A stretch of DNA of 63,142 nt, counting the filler, from Octopus bimaculoides (taxonomy: Eukaryota), in the NCBI RefSeq assembly GCF_001194135.2. It is 5 parts of 4 records of this genome, joined end to end, with 100 filler letters (N's around TTAATTAATTAA, not from the genome) between each part and the next. Parts side by side here need not be neighbours in the genome. Positions count along the whole stretch, not along the records: positions 1 to 5,875 come from NC_068989.1; positions 5,976 to 19,565 come from NC_068989.1; 3 more parts are not named here. The stretch is one strand, 5' to 3'. The position numbers were made by a program, and so were the translations under genes. A model generated the notes under the pieces. It worked only from the letters and a program-made list of their open reading frames with translations, did not search any database and was not told the DNA's origin. Of the stretch, positions 1 through 15,950 are shown in pieces (position 1 is the first letter of the stretch; every line of letters starts with the position of its first letter).

Positions 1-2250
<2,250 letters not shown>

Positions 2251-2258
2251 TGTATATA

Positions 2259-2378
2259 CGAGGGCTGTATGAAAAGTTTTGAGCCTTCAAGGCCTTTGAA
2301 CGGTGAAGTCTTGTACTTTCATCAGAAGTCTTGTAGCATGTTTTTTTTTGAGGTCCAAGATTTTTCATACACCCCTCG
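2259..2378. mobile_element. Mariner-type MITE, 120 bp
   Basis: TIRs CGAGGGCTGTATGAAAAGTT... and ...GATTTTTCATACACCCCTCG, flanked by TA at 2257-58 and 2379-80. Confidence 0.85.
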
Positions 2379-2775
2379 TACATATAGACAATATTATTAA
2401 GATATATGTTAATACAACGTTATCAAGTTTATCCAAATTGGTGAAATTTCAACTGAAAAGCTGCAAAACTTTTAGCAGTTAATAAGAAACACTAACTAAA
2501 AGAAACGCCTAAATCAAATTCAACTTAAGACATTCATTCATTCAACCATTAGCGACATCATTGAATAACTAATTTGCTTTATGAAAATAAAAATAAATAT
2601 ACGATGCAATAAAATTAAAATTAAAATTAAAAATAAACGTATATGTTTGTAGGTATGTAGGGTAAAACCTCAGCCTTTTGAAACATATCTGCTTATGCCA
2701 TCATTAAACTCCAGTATGTAGATACAAGGTACATATTGGAGTTAAAAATTCTGGAAATATTGTTTGCAGAGGTGA

Positions 2776-3029
2776 TGTATAACCAATCCGGAAATTGGGA
2801 AATGTTTTGGCATTATTTATTTACTCACCGTTACATGTGTTTCATTTGCTCATAGGAATTACAAAATGTAACATGTTAGATAGACACATAAAGAATTTCC
2901 TATTAGACATGGCTTGCATGTCTATCTAATATGTATAACGCTGTACTTCCTATTAGCGAATGAAACATGTGTAAAGATGCATAAATAATACCAAAAATAA
3001 TTTTCCAACTTCCTGTTTCTTTATAGATG
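2776..3029. repeat. Imperfect palindrome / foldback element, about 250 bp
   Basis: Left arm ...ccggaaattgggaaatgttttggcattatttat...catgtgtttcatttgctcataggaattac...gttagatagac aligns with the reverse complement of the right arm gtctatctaat...cttcctattagcgaatgaaacatgtg...ataaataataccaaaaataattttccaacttcctgt. Confidence 0.75.
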
Positions 3030-5620
3030 TACACATATACATTATATATTTATGCTTGTGTATGTTAACTCTTTTTCTCTTATTAGTTTGCTAATCGGTC
3101 AGTGGGTATGGCGGTAAAATACATTGTAGGTTCTCAATTTTTAACTTTCATCTATAAATTAAGTTTTACAAGATTAACGTCTTTACTGCTTAATTCATTT
3201 AAAAATACTTTAAAAACTTCATGATACTTCGATGAATACCAGTATACATAATCATTGAAATATACACACAAAGTTCCACTCACAAAGCATTGATGAATCA
3301 GACATGATGGTGAAAGGTCATTCCCCAAAATGTATATGTATGCATGTATATATTATATTTCTTGAGTTTGTTACTTTTCTTATTTACCAGACTGCTAGTA
3401 GATTGTGTTTATTTTTTTAAGGTGTAGTAGTACCATAAATATCGGTGTAGCCCAATATTCGTATCCTCTACCTATATAGTGTTTACTTTCGTTGATATTA
3501 TCATTGATAAGTGACTGCTAGAGACCACTGTTATTTCAAAATTTTCGTATTATCTGAGGCAATTCTACTTCATTACGTTTCACAAGTTAACATTTTAGTT
3601 AAGTTAAAAGCGATTAGTTAACGTCTTCGGCTGAAATGATATTCTACCTTTCATATTATTACCAAAGTACAAGCCTCTTCAGACCATTGCAACTAAATTC
3701 ATATGTCCCTTATTTCTTAAATATATACAGTAATTCCATATATGCAATGTTACAAAATACTAAACGTGTATATATTTCTAAGAATTACTTTAGAAATATA
3801 CTGATTATATGCCTATAAGCTTTGTTGGAAAATATCATTAGACAAGTTATACAACATAAATTAAATATGCTATTTAAATCTGTTAAATATAGTATTTTTT
3901 AAAATTCTTCTGAAATACTTTCTTAAAAGCACTTAATTAAATTACAGAGATGGATGCCTATAATTCAGATGTAAAAGTAACAGGTGTCGGGCTTTCAATG
4001 GAAACTCATTTTCGCAGAAAGTTATTCCCATAAAGTTATTCCCATAGGAAAACAAATAAAGGAAATTTCACCATTATAGGTTTCAATATTGAAACGATGT
4101 AAATGTTCTAAAAAACATATTACTGCACGAACATCTAAAATACAAATAAAACGACAATGTTAAAATACAGGAAAAAAGTATAAAAAATTATGAAGAGAGA
4201 GCTAGAAACCAGATCAATATATAAAACACTGACGGAAAAATGTAATATATTACTTGACGTTTAAAACGCATTTTAAATGATTATTTCCGTCAAATGAATA
4301 TCAACCTCGTTTCGCATTTGACTTATACAGTAACAATATTGAACTGGACGATACCCTCTTATATCTAAATGACCACATCATGATATATATATTAGACACT
4401 TCAACGAGGTGTTTAAATTAATACGGTCGCAACTGATGTGGTTATTTAAATATAAAACAGTATCGTCTAGTTTATGTAGAGACTTCTGTAGTGTAAGGGA
4501 AAGCAACAAGTCTAGATTTGCATTTGAAAGCAGAAAGTTATTTAATAGAATTAATCATTTATCACAAGTATTGGATTTTGCAGTGTATGGAAGTCTTGTA
4601 AGAGGAATTGTTCTAATACCAACAACTAGAAAATATACCCAATAGGCTAAAATATGTGCATTCTAAAATACCTAAATCCGCTGTTTAGTGTATAGAAGCC
4701 TAATTAATATTTCCAATCTCTTTGATAATAATATCTGAGCTGCTTTGATTTTTGCAAATTGGCTAGGCGGTACACTGACATCACATGTTTTGATTTACTG
4801 ATTAATGTTGTGGAGCAAATCTCAAGTTTGTACCGTACTGACGTTAAGTTCTTAAAATTTGCGTCCTCAATACTGAACTGATCGATAAAAACAGAACAAA
4901 AACACAGGCATTGGTGTCATTATGCCACAAAAGGAAAAACAAATATCAGAGTACACACAATGTACAAATCACAAACTGAGAAACTATACAGATATCAAGA
5001 CACACCTATATAATCAGTTTACGAACTATTCAAGTAATTAATATGTTGTAACGTAGTTGTTGAGGAGTTGACAGAACAAGCCTTTATCTAATGTCATATA
5101 TCTGGTTGCCGAGAAGCAGAATATACAAATAATGTTGTGAGATATACACACAAGAATAACAAAAAGAAGAAAAAGAAACACAGGAGAAAAACAATCAAAC
5201 ACAAAAATCCGATTATAGCAAGAAAAACCAAAAGATCACGACTGGCAGTCAGAAAAGACAAAAAAAAAAAAAAATACAAGTGATTTTTTTTTTGCTACGA
5301 ATTCAGTTATCGTGACACTCGAGTGACATTGCTAAGCAACTCAGCAACGAGATTCTTCAGCCAATTCATTTTGTGTAAAATATCTATGAAGTGCATTTCA
5401 CAAGAGACAGCTGTAAAACTGAAGCAACAAATTCTACAATGTAAGAACACTGTTTCAGACACCTTTCAACATACACACATACAAATACACGTGCCTACAC
5501 GCGGGCACACACACTCATACACACACACATATACATATAGGTGGCAATAATGGACATAAATGTTGGATGGATTATTTGTCCAGTTACTTCTTCATTATAT
5601 ACCAAAAGGGGAGGGGTGAG

Positions 5621-5867
5621 CAGGGATTTCCTGGAAAGTTCCGGGCATTTCTTGCAAATTTCGAGGAATTCAGGGAAAGTTCCGAGGATTTCCAGGAAAG
5701 TTCCCAGGATTTCCTGGAAGTTCCGAGGATTTAAAGCAGACTTCTTGGAAAATTCCGGGGATTTCCTGGAAAGTTCCGAGGATTCCCTGGGGAATTCCAA
5801 GGGTTTCCTGGAAAGTCCAGAAAATACCTGGAAAATTCCTGGGATTTTCTGGAAAGTTCCCAGGATT
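5621..5867 (+). repeat. Minisatellite, about 21-bp unit GGATTTCCTGGAAAGTTCC(G/C)A, about 12 copies
   Basis: Tandem degenerate copies read directly; ORFs 5495-5800 and 5541-5870 are translations of it. Confidence 0.9.
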
Positions 5868-5919
5868 TAAGGTAGNNNNNNNNNNNNNNNNNNNNNNNNN
5901 NNNNNNNNNNNNNNNNNNN

Positions 5920-5931
5920 TTAATTAATTAA
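5920..5931. other. Assembly gap linker TTAATTAATTAA (also at 19610-19621, 47509-47520, 60697-60708)
   Basis: All four copies are flanked by exactly 44 N on each side (100 bp total); the 12-mer places stops in all six frames. Artificial spacer for unsized gaps. Confidence 0.95.
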
Positions 5932-5975
5932 NNNNNNNNNNNNNNNNNNNNNNNNNNNNNNNNNNNNNNNNNNNN

Positions 5976-6457
5976 AGCTTTTTGGGAAGTTTACCATTTG
6001 CAAGGAAACTCTGGAAGAGTATCCGGAGTGGTCCTGCTAATTCTTGTTTACACGACTTTAAGAGGACAGCTGGGAAACCATCGGGGCCAGTTGCCGAATT
6101 TGAGCGCATTTCATTTATGGCAGCTATCACATCTTTCTCTTCAATGTCGATGTAGGTAATGTATGCAGTCTTTTTCTGCTGAGTGTTATTGTCAAAGAAA
6201 TCAGCTGGGTTCTTTATCTGCATGTGACTCAGAGGAGAAGTGAAGACACTCTTGAATTGTGTACTCAGCACTTCACTTATCCATGTGGGATCTGCAGTCA
6301 GGGAGCCATTAGGTAGGAATAGGGGTCCTATCTTATACTGTACCGTGGCAGTCTCTTTTACAAATCTATAGAAAGCCTTGGTGTTTGTTTTTATGCTTTC
6401 TACTGCACCCTTCTCCTTCTCTGCTCTCTCCTTTTCATGGGAGAGTTTAATTTGTAT
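5976..6457 (-). mobile_element. CR1/L2-like LINE ORF2 fragment (region just upstream of RT)
   Basis: Translates ...IKTNTKAFYRFVKETATVQYKIGPLFLPNGSLTADPTWISEVLSTQFKSVFT...IAAINEMRSNSATGPDGFPAVLLKSCKQELAGPLRILFQSFLANGKLPK, with the typical GPDG...L..PL..LF..SL..G.LP signature; gaps on both sides. Confidence 0.88.
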
Positions 6458-6472
6458 NNNNNNNNNNATTTG

Positions 6473-6516
<44 letters not shown>

Positions 6517-8800
6517 GTAGGGAATAATTTCATTCTGTTATTGCTTTGACTCCCATAGATTTCACAAACTGTGAAATAGATTTCTAACTACCAATATTTC
6601 ATTGCTGAAGGGGGTACACGTCCCATATAGAGCATACGAAGTTGTGTATAAGTTTTCTACGTCTACCTGCTGATTGTGCAAGTGAAACAGCAAATTTGAA
6701 AATGATACTGTCTTATGCTGTTAATAAACAGAAATTAACTAGAAAAAATAAAAACAAAAATAGATTCCAAAATTATTAAAAAATAGAATTTTCGAAGAAA
6801 ATAGATTTCAAAATTTAAAAACGCAATAAATTCCAAAATAAAAAAAAAGAAACGCGGGAACCTAGTTGGCAACCCAATATTATTTTAGTTTACAAATGAA
6901 TTGCAATTTGAAACAGAGCTTGACAGATTGAGATTTTTGGGGGGATCTTTAGGGAAAGAGTTATTATTTTGTTTGTAGATGGTTTGCACAGAATTAATTC
7001 AAAAGCAACTCGATGTCGATGGATGGTAACAATATGCTGTGGAGAATTATATATTAAGTGTATCATGTATAAATTAAATCTTCTGAATTGCGCTGCGTGT
7101 AAATATGCGTGGACTAGCCCATGTTATCACTTAGAACAAACGATATGCAGGATTATAATGTGAAATATATGTTTATAATAGTCCATAAGCTATTGATGAG
7201 CATCTGTTTGTTTACCTATAAGTCTTTATTTCTTATATTCATCATAGGTATGTGCATGTTTGTATTTTGTGCATGTATTAAACCGTTTGTATCTGTGTTT
7301 TTTTCTCTTTTTTCACTTCTGTCTTCAGTTGTCATGTTGCATGGTGTGGTGGAGGGGGATATAGTTCCATTCGCGCGTGTGTGGCTTCTGTAATCTGTCT
7401 AAGTGTCGTGCAAGTTTTATGCGTTAACAAAGCCTCTGTGTTCTATCTGAGCATGTTGGTAGAGCTCCGCCTGTGTACACCTATTTGCTTCCCTATACTG
7501 CGTACCCCCCCCCCCCCAATGTAAGTTGTCATCTTGTTTCTGCACCGTCCTTCAGTACACCGTAAGCTATAGGCTATATTCCTAAACTTACAGTTAAACT
7601 GTGGCTTCATCCTATATATGATACACTTGTACTTCGTACATGGGGATCTATCGAAGGAATAGTTTTACAGATCAGGGATTCTATGGTGGTTACAGGCTTT
7701 TCAACTACTTTATTCCGTATATTTGCCGTATCTAATGCTTTTCAAAAAAGGAATACTAGTTTCATGCCAGAGTTAGCATCAGCGAACATGGCACTCTGGT
7801 ATTTTTTGTTGTCATTCCATGAGTTGGTAAGGAAACACATCATAGAAGGACAAAATGGATTAAACGGAGCAGTAGAACACATGTGGACGGAAAGGGATGC
7901 TGAAGAGGTCACAGATGTGTGACGAAAGATTTCCGGACAACGGGCATAAGATAAAAAAAGAAATGTAATAAACGATTAAAAAACGAATATATAATGCGTT
8001 TCTGTTTTTTTTAGCCAAAAAGAAAGAAAGAGGAAAATGATCATCTCGATATATAACAAAATTTTATTCGTACGTATGTATATATGTGTATATATATATG
8101 TATATATATAAATATATATGTGTATATATATGTATATATATAAATATATATGTGTATATATATGTATATATATAAATATATATATATATATATNNNNNNN
8201 NNNNNNNNNNNNNNNNNNNNNNNNNNNNNNNNNNNNNNNNNNNNNNNNNNNNNNNNNNNNNNNNNNNNNNNNNNNNNNNNNNNNNNNNNNNNNNNNNNNN
8301 NNNNNNNNNNNNNNNNNNNNNNNNNNNNNNNNNNNNNNNNNNNNNNNNNNNNNNNNNNNNNNNNNNNNNNNNNNNNNNNNNNNNNNNNNNNNNNNNNNNN
8401 NNNNNNNNNNNNNNNNNNNNNNNNNNNNNNNNNNNNNNNNNNNNNNNNNNNNNNNNNNNNNNNNNNNNNNNNNNNNNNNNNNNNNNNNNNNNNNNNNNNN
8501 NNNNNNNNNNNNNNNNNNNNNNNNNNNNNNNNNNNNNNNNNNNNNNNNNNNNNNNNNNNNNNNNNNNNNNNNNNNNNNNNNNNNNNNNNNNNNNNNNNNN
8601 NNNNNNNNNNNNNNNNNNNNNNNNNNNNNNNNNNNNNNNNNNNNNNNNNNNNNNNNNNNNNNNNNNNNNNNNNNNNNNNNNNNNNNNNNNNNNNNNNNNN
8701 NNNNNNNNNNNNNNNNNNNNNNNNNNNNNNNNNNNNNNNNNNNNNNNNNNNNNNNNNNNNNNNNNNNNNNNNNNNNNNNNNNNNNNNNNNNNNNNNNNNN

Positions 8801-8849
<49 letters not shown>

Positions 8850-9898
8850 AATATATATATACACGTCAAATGTCTACTTTTCAATGCATACATGGGTAGG
8901 AAAAACTCTGCTGAGGCAAAGTTTTCTATGTTTGTATGATCTTATCATCAACTCTCATCTCTTTCCTGGTAATTTTATATTTTACCTAGATCTTCAGCCA
9001 TGAACAGATCAACGGTATGGCTGTCAATTTCGCTAGCAAAGTAACGACACTCGTAGGCAAATGGAAACGCAAATCACTGGTTTATAGAAACAGTTATTGG
9101 CACACAGCCAATATATTTAGCAATCTTATTGTTTGCGAGCTTTATTAATACCATTTTCCTCTTTGTTAGTGAGTATGTCGTATTTTTAGGTGAAGCACTA
9201 GATTAAACAAATATAAATCTAGTTCATATACATTATGCATACAAATCCTCTCATTCCAATTTTTGTCTTTAGCATTTGAATGGAATAAAATAGGAATCGA
9301 TTATTGATGCTGTGTAGATATTATCAACTACGCAAGAAGAAAAGTCCACCATCATTTTGATGCCCATTGTTTTTCGAGAATGCATTGTATACGCTGGCTA
9401 TGGATTAAAGAGTATTTTCCTGCCATTCTTAGTTTGATGATCACGCATTTACACTATTGTTGGCTAGATAAGTACTGGTGATGTCTATAATAATAAATGC
9501 TAAAACGAATTTCTGTGTGTCAGTGTGTCATACTTTAATCCCTCTCTCACTATTCAATGACACTTCTACTCCTCTTGCTGGGGGTCAAAGCAACAGTTAG
9601 CAGAGAGACGATGAGGACGGTAGTATATTGACAGTTGAAATGGTAATGGGGTGATAGTAATAGTATGAGCTGTAGTTGTGATAGAGGCGGAGGCGATGGT
9701 GATGATTGTGGTGGTGGTAGCTGGGGCCGTCAAGCATAACGGTGATAGTGAGGGATGTGAAAGACAGTGGTGATGGTGATGGAGGAGAAGGCGGCGAAGT
9801 CAAAGGTGTTGATGGTCGTGTTATCAGAAGTCTGAATGATGTATTATGGTAGCTGTGGTGGTGATGGTGGTAGTACTGCTGATCGTTGAAAACAATCA

Positions 9899-9957
<59 letters not shown>

Positions 9958-12900
9958 AGTTAGAAGAAAAAAGATGTACTGACCCCTGAATGAGAAGACA
10001 AAAAATGTTGTTTCCCATGAAGCTAAGAAAATGTTTGTCAGACTAGGCAATGATATACGGCAAGAATGATAAATATATATAGCATATACTGAATATGTAA
10101 TGTTGATTAAGTAAGAAAATATAATCTGGAATACAGATAACTCTTTTAAGTAAAATATTGTGCTTTGCGAAGTTATGAAATAATTGGATATTTGGCCACC
10201 ATGATACAATTACTTTTAAAGAAACTGTATTAGGAACCTATAAAATGTTATGTGTATGACATTAAAAGATTCTGAAGTCTTTGAAATACATTTATCTTTT
10301 CTCTAAATAAATTTCGATGTAGAAGATTCTAATTTCTTACCTCAACCCATTATTTTTACTGTGTAAATATTTGTTGAATAGTTGGTAATTTGACTTAAAA
10401 TCTTGACAAGTATTTTAGATACATGTCTGGTCTTGAACATATATACGAAAACATAGATGTACTGTTCTCATGCTGTGGCAGTACTGTTTGGTTTATCGTG
10501 CCTTCTGATATCAAAATCTGTAGATTTAGGTAAAATAGATACGGTGTGTGGGAAAACTTATGAAGGGACGCTAAGGGAACGTAAATAATGAGTATTCTGG
10601 GAATTCTTAAAAGCTATTAGAATCAGTAATGATGCTTCGTATTATTGCTGACTGATTGCATTTCATAGAACTCAACTTCTTTTAAACCAATGTACATAGA
10701 TATGTACACAGTTTTGGCTCTCCAAATTGTGTTGAAACCTAGGTAGCTTTGGCAGGAACAGATGATAAACTATTCATAATATTCTTTGAAGGAAATACAA
10801 TATTACAAATTTCTTTTCAGACATACGCATTTACATTACATTGAGACAATTTCAGTGTTGGGTGTAATCATCTCCTTGCTTTTATTGACTCGAGGTAACA
10901 AATTTATTTGGCCCCATATTAGTAATTGGTTTGCAACATTCTTGGTGTGAAATCGTATTTTACAACAGGTTTTGTCATCCCCGGAGAGGATCATAATACA
11001 AGTAAAAAGCACATGCATTGATTGTGTTTCACTTCATGTATTATTAGTATACTATTGCGTAATTGTTTAGTGAATCGTTCAGCTAAACCTAGAGTAGCGA
11101 GTGTCGATGATAAGCTTGTGAATGGTGACGAAAGGACTATAACTAAGATCCCAAATCAACCGTTTGACCAAACAGGTAATCAGACAATTGGTTAATTGGT
11201 TAAAATATTAACTGGTTTGTTTCTAGTTATAATAAATAAATGAGAGAAAGAATCAGTGTCTTTATTTTTGACATAATGACCCCGTTCAATATGAAACGAA
11301 ATCTACTGTAGTTCACTGCAAATTATATTTAGGAAATATTTTAGCATAACAATTCTGTTTATCTGATTTTGTGAGTCCATTAGATAGTCTCCTCTGTTTT
11401 GGAGCCGTGTGATCATAAATGTTAAAATAATTGATTATATAACGTAACAGTAGATAAATATTTTCACTTTAATACCATATTATAGATTTTGCGAGCACAT
11501 TATTGCAGATTTGCAAAATCGTTAGAACGCCGGAAAATTACTTAAAAATACATTAAAGCTTGAAACAAATATTTTAAAATGCAACGGAACTTCTCTTTCG
11601 CCTCTTATGAAACCGATTTTCTTCCAACTGTGCTCGGTCAGAAAACAGATTTTGCACAAAATGTCATCTATTATTGCTCTTCTTTCAGTTTCGTGATGAT
11701 GAAAACTTTTTGTTCTCTTATAAAGCATTTATATCGACATACACGTAAATGAAAGATAATTTAGATTCAATAAATCCTTTTTAATCTTAATATAATGGTG
11801 AAACATAGATACTATTAAATACTATTAAATATGTAGCTAGCAGCTTGTATGTTTTAAGCCGACAACCATAAATCTTTATATACGTTCGAAAAGTGTTAAA
11901 GTCTTTTGAGTGTTTATAGAAAATTAAGAATAATCTGTGCAAGGCAATTTATCCTCAGATATATTCCAAGCTAAAGCGATTATTTTACTTTTAGCTTACA
12001 CTGTCGGTAGTTATCATATATTTTCTTTCCTATTCGTAATAATCTCATGTAAATAATTCCAAATGTAAAGATAACAAGACGTTTCAATAGCAGACATTTA
12101 AACTTGCAGATATTTTATATTTTCAAGGGCATAATTCATACTTGGTTATAGATTCCAATTCCTATTTTATTAACTTTCTGTAGATATTCCATCTATTCCG
12201 AATATCAATATATCAAGTTTATACTCAATGGAACTACCAATATATCACATTAAACTATTGTACATAAATGGATGAAAATTTAAAGAAATCCCAAATCAGA
12301 ATCAGTATGACATTCTAAATCAAACAATTCGACCATTTCAATAGAGACACAGATTATCACTTGGTTGTTTATATAGTCTTTGCCGAATCAATTTAAAATA
12401 GAAGACGTGGTTTGACCCAAGAATATGGCACTAGCAGAATTAAACCGGAAATATCATAACTGAAAGGAGATGCTCAAAGGACTATATCCGCATTTCATAA
12501 CAAAAAGAAAGCAGTCCCTGCACAATTACTTACCCGATGCACAGTATATTATATTTTTAAAGGCTTCTGGAGAAACAAAATCATTTCCATATTGCTGGAA
12601 ATTATCTTTGTAAAAAAATATTGTAAATGATCTTTTACAAATTCCAAAAAAGTAAAGCATGCGCTCTGAGTGATGTACATAAATATTATTAACACTCCTA
12701 AGTTTACACGCACTAGTTAAGTGTAGATGCACGTGTTAAAACAACATACCAGTCCTCACCTGCATTTGCTCAGAGATGATAGTTTTCTTTTTACTCCTAA
12801 GGCGATAAACGCTATGCGTAAGATAAATCTGATCTTATTAAAAAAAAAAAATCATTAATTCTAAAAATATAATTCAAACGTTGATCCATTCCATCATATA

Positions 12901-13309
12901 CATCTGAGATTGTAAGACTGTTGCCGACCATAATTCTATCACTTTCTGTTTCCCTTCAAGTTTCTTCTTTTATAACGTCGAAGAGAACGGGAGGAAAAAA
13001 GAGAATTCAGTGTATTACAGAGGTAAACGTGCACAAACACACAAACAAACACACACACACAAACACACGCAAACAAACACACACACGCACATACAAACAC
13101 ACATAGACACACATAAACACACACACGCACACACAAACGCACGCACGCACACAAACACACGTACACACACACACACATACGCACACGCACACGCACACAA
13201 TCGCATTCATATTCACTACTAGCAAGAATCTTTGTGCAAAAATTGTAGATAACAAATCAGGTCTTTGCTTTTCCTAGCCCGAAACATTATTGTTGGTATA
13301 TTTGTACAT

Positions 13310-13343
<34 letters not shown>

Positions 13344-13392
13344 GCATGCATAGAGGCACATGCATATATATGGTATATATGTACACGTCAGA

Positions 13393-13444
<52 letters not shown>

Positions 13445-15854
13445 GTATATATCTTCGAACGGTCTAGTTAGAATAGAGGCAGCTGACGAAGGATTAATTC
13501 CAAGTGGCTATCTGTTTTCCTATGTATTCGTTCCGCTGTCTATAGTTCATTGTTCTAACGTCCTGTACCCTGATATGCATCTATATACACATGTAGATGT
13601 AAGTATGTACATATATGTGTGCATACATGCATATATATTCTTTGTATTATATATATATATAGGAAGAGAGAGAGAGAACAAGAGAGAGGAGAAGAGGGAG
13701 AGAATGATAGGAATGGTTATAATCTAGGTGCCTGGCCTTGTAGGATACTAGAAATAGTTAGCTAAAATAAAATAGATTTCCCGGTCAGGTAAAACAAACT
13801 TGATGTTATTTTATATCAGGAGGATAATGTAAAGGTGTAAGTACCAACTCTAATTTACACAGTCGATCCGACACAGCGATGGTTCTAGGTATAGAGTAGT
13901 TATGAAAACAATAGCCCAAATGGGGTTTAAAATTTACTACAACTGTTTCGGGAGAACTTTATTCATAGATTATATCATAGCATAAATCTATAATCTTTAG
14001 ATAAAATTTTAAGCAGGTATAAACAGATGGGGTAGTAGATTGATGTTCGCAATCCCAACAATATATTGGATAAGTGATATGTTAAGAAATAACATTCCAA
14101 TTTGAAGAGAAATTACTATTATAACGGGCAAGCAAGAAGTAAACAGATCAAACGATTATTTCAAACAGTCATCATAATATGTCCTAGCTTAAGGTCATTC
14201 AAATAGGAGAACATTTTGTCGGTTAAGTGAGATGAAAGGAAGCATACCGCAGAGGAGCAGAAAGTGATAAATCTGTCGTCTTTCACACTCGCTCACACAC
14301 ATACACACGCGCGCATGCACACAAACACGCACGCACATATAAACACGCATACACACAAGCAAGCACACATATACAAAATACTCATGCACACGTATTAATT
14401 TATGCACTTTTATACATATATAAACACAAACATAAATATTGACACTTATAGAAAAATGTATATAGACATACAAGCATATATGCACTCATTTATAAATACA
14501 AACAAATATACACATATACACACATCCATACACATGCACATATATACATACACAAAATACACATAAATCTATATACCGTATTCACGGAACGCAAAAGAGA
14601 TTGTATGTGTGTGTGGCAGTACTCGAATACCGGAAGTAGAGTAATATGCTTTATTATTAAATCTGCAAAAACATCACAATATTTTGGTGATGTTTTTGAA
14701 GCTTTAATAAACACATACACACACAACACATACACATGCATACACACGCGTAATATGAAGGAAATGGAGAGTGTGAGCACAGAAATAAATGTATTTATAA
14801 AATAGTCAATTTCATGTGAACTATGCACGTTTCAGTATCTCAGATTCTGGCATAATTTTACAATTAAAATTGCATTACGAAGTAAAAAATCTCTTAAGGG
14901 CAAAATTGACATATATTCATTTACACCCAAATGGTGGTAGTTACATCATAGAGTGAATAGCAGCATGTGTGTGCGTGCGTGTGTATGTGTGTGTGTGTGA
15001 GTGTGTGTGTGTGCGTGCGTGCGTATGTATGTATGTGTGTGTGTGTGTGTGTGTGCTTGTCAGCATGTGTTTCTTTGGATTCCGTTCTAAATATAGCTGG
15101 AGGTTATATTACGACCATAGTTGAAAATGGCTAGCTGTAGCTCTCAATAACCACGTCATAGTACAATTCGCCCTAGATTGAAATTTGGATCGGTTTACTT
15201 AGAGACTGCCTGTCACACTTATCTCTACTCAATCGTCAAACGAATAAAATATAATATNNNNNNNNNNNNNNNNNNNNNNNNNNNNNNNNNNNNNNNNNNN
15301 NNNNNNNNNNNNNNNNNNNNNNNNNNNNNNNNNNNNNNNNNNNNNNNNNNNNNNNNNNNNNNNNNNNNNNNNNNNNNNNNNNNNNNNNNNNNNNNNNNNN
15401 NNNNNNNNNNNNNNNNNNNNNNNNNNNNNNNNNNNNNNNNNNNNNNNNNNNNNNNNNNNNNNNNNNNNNNNNNNNNNNNNNNNNNNNNNNNNNNNNNNNN
15501 NNNNNNNNNNNNNNNNNNNNNNNNNNNNNNNNNNNNNNNNNNNNNNNNNNNNNNNNNNNNNNNNNNNNNNNNNNNNNNNNNNNNNNNNNNNNNNNNNNNN
15601 NNNNNNNNNNNNNNNNNNNNNNNNNNNNNNNNNNNNNNNNNNNNNNNNNNNNNNNNNNNNNNNNNNNNNNNNNNNNNNNNNNNNNNNNNNNNNNNNNNNN
15701 NNNNNNNNNNNNNNNNNNNNNNNNNNNNNNNNNNNNNNNNNNNNNNNNNNNNNNNNNNNNNNNNNNNNNNNNNNNNNNNNNNNNNNNNNNNNNNNNNNNN
15801 NNNNNNNNNNNNNNNNNNNNNNNNNNNNTGTGTGTGTGTGTGTGTGTAAAAATA

Positions 15855-15950
15855 TGTGACAGTTATTCTCTAGCCATGATAAAACTCCGTGGTTCCCACT
15901 CCGGCATCCGAAACTCGGAGTTTTGTCATGGCTACCGAATAAGTGTCACA
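15855..15950. repeat. 96-bp hairpin element with 35-bp arms, TA on both flanks (tiny MITE or structured RNA)
   Basis: TGTGACAGTTATTCTCTAGCCATGATAAAACTCCG (15855-15889) versus CGGAGTTTTGTCATGGCTACCGAATAAGTGTCACA (15916-15950): 31/35 Watson-Crick plus one G-U pair. Confidence 0.8.

Noticed and set aside
7976-8939. Long ORFs dominated by X (also at 15.2, 17.9, 31.6, 38.3, 53.6 and 61.1-62.5 kb)
   Set aside because: Open only because they run through N gaps.
12531-12812. Minus-strand exon candidates with strong donors (CGG|gtaagt, CAG|gtgagg), plus other isolated candidates near 5.3-5.4, 7.67 and 48.2 kb
   Set aside because: No recognisable product and no convincing multi-exon chain; such sites arise often by chance in AT-rich DNA.
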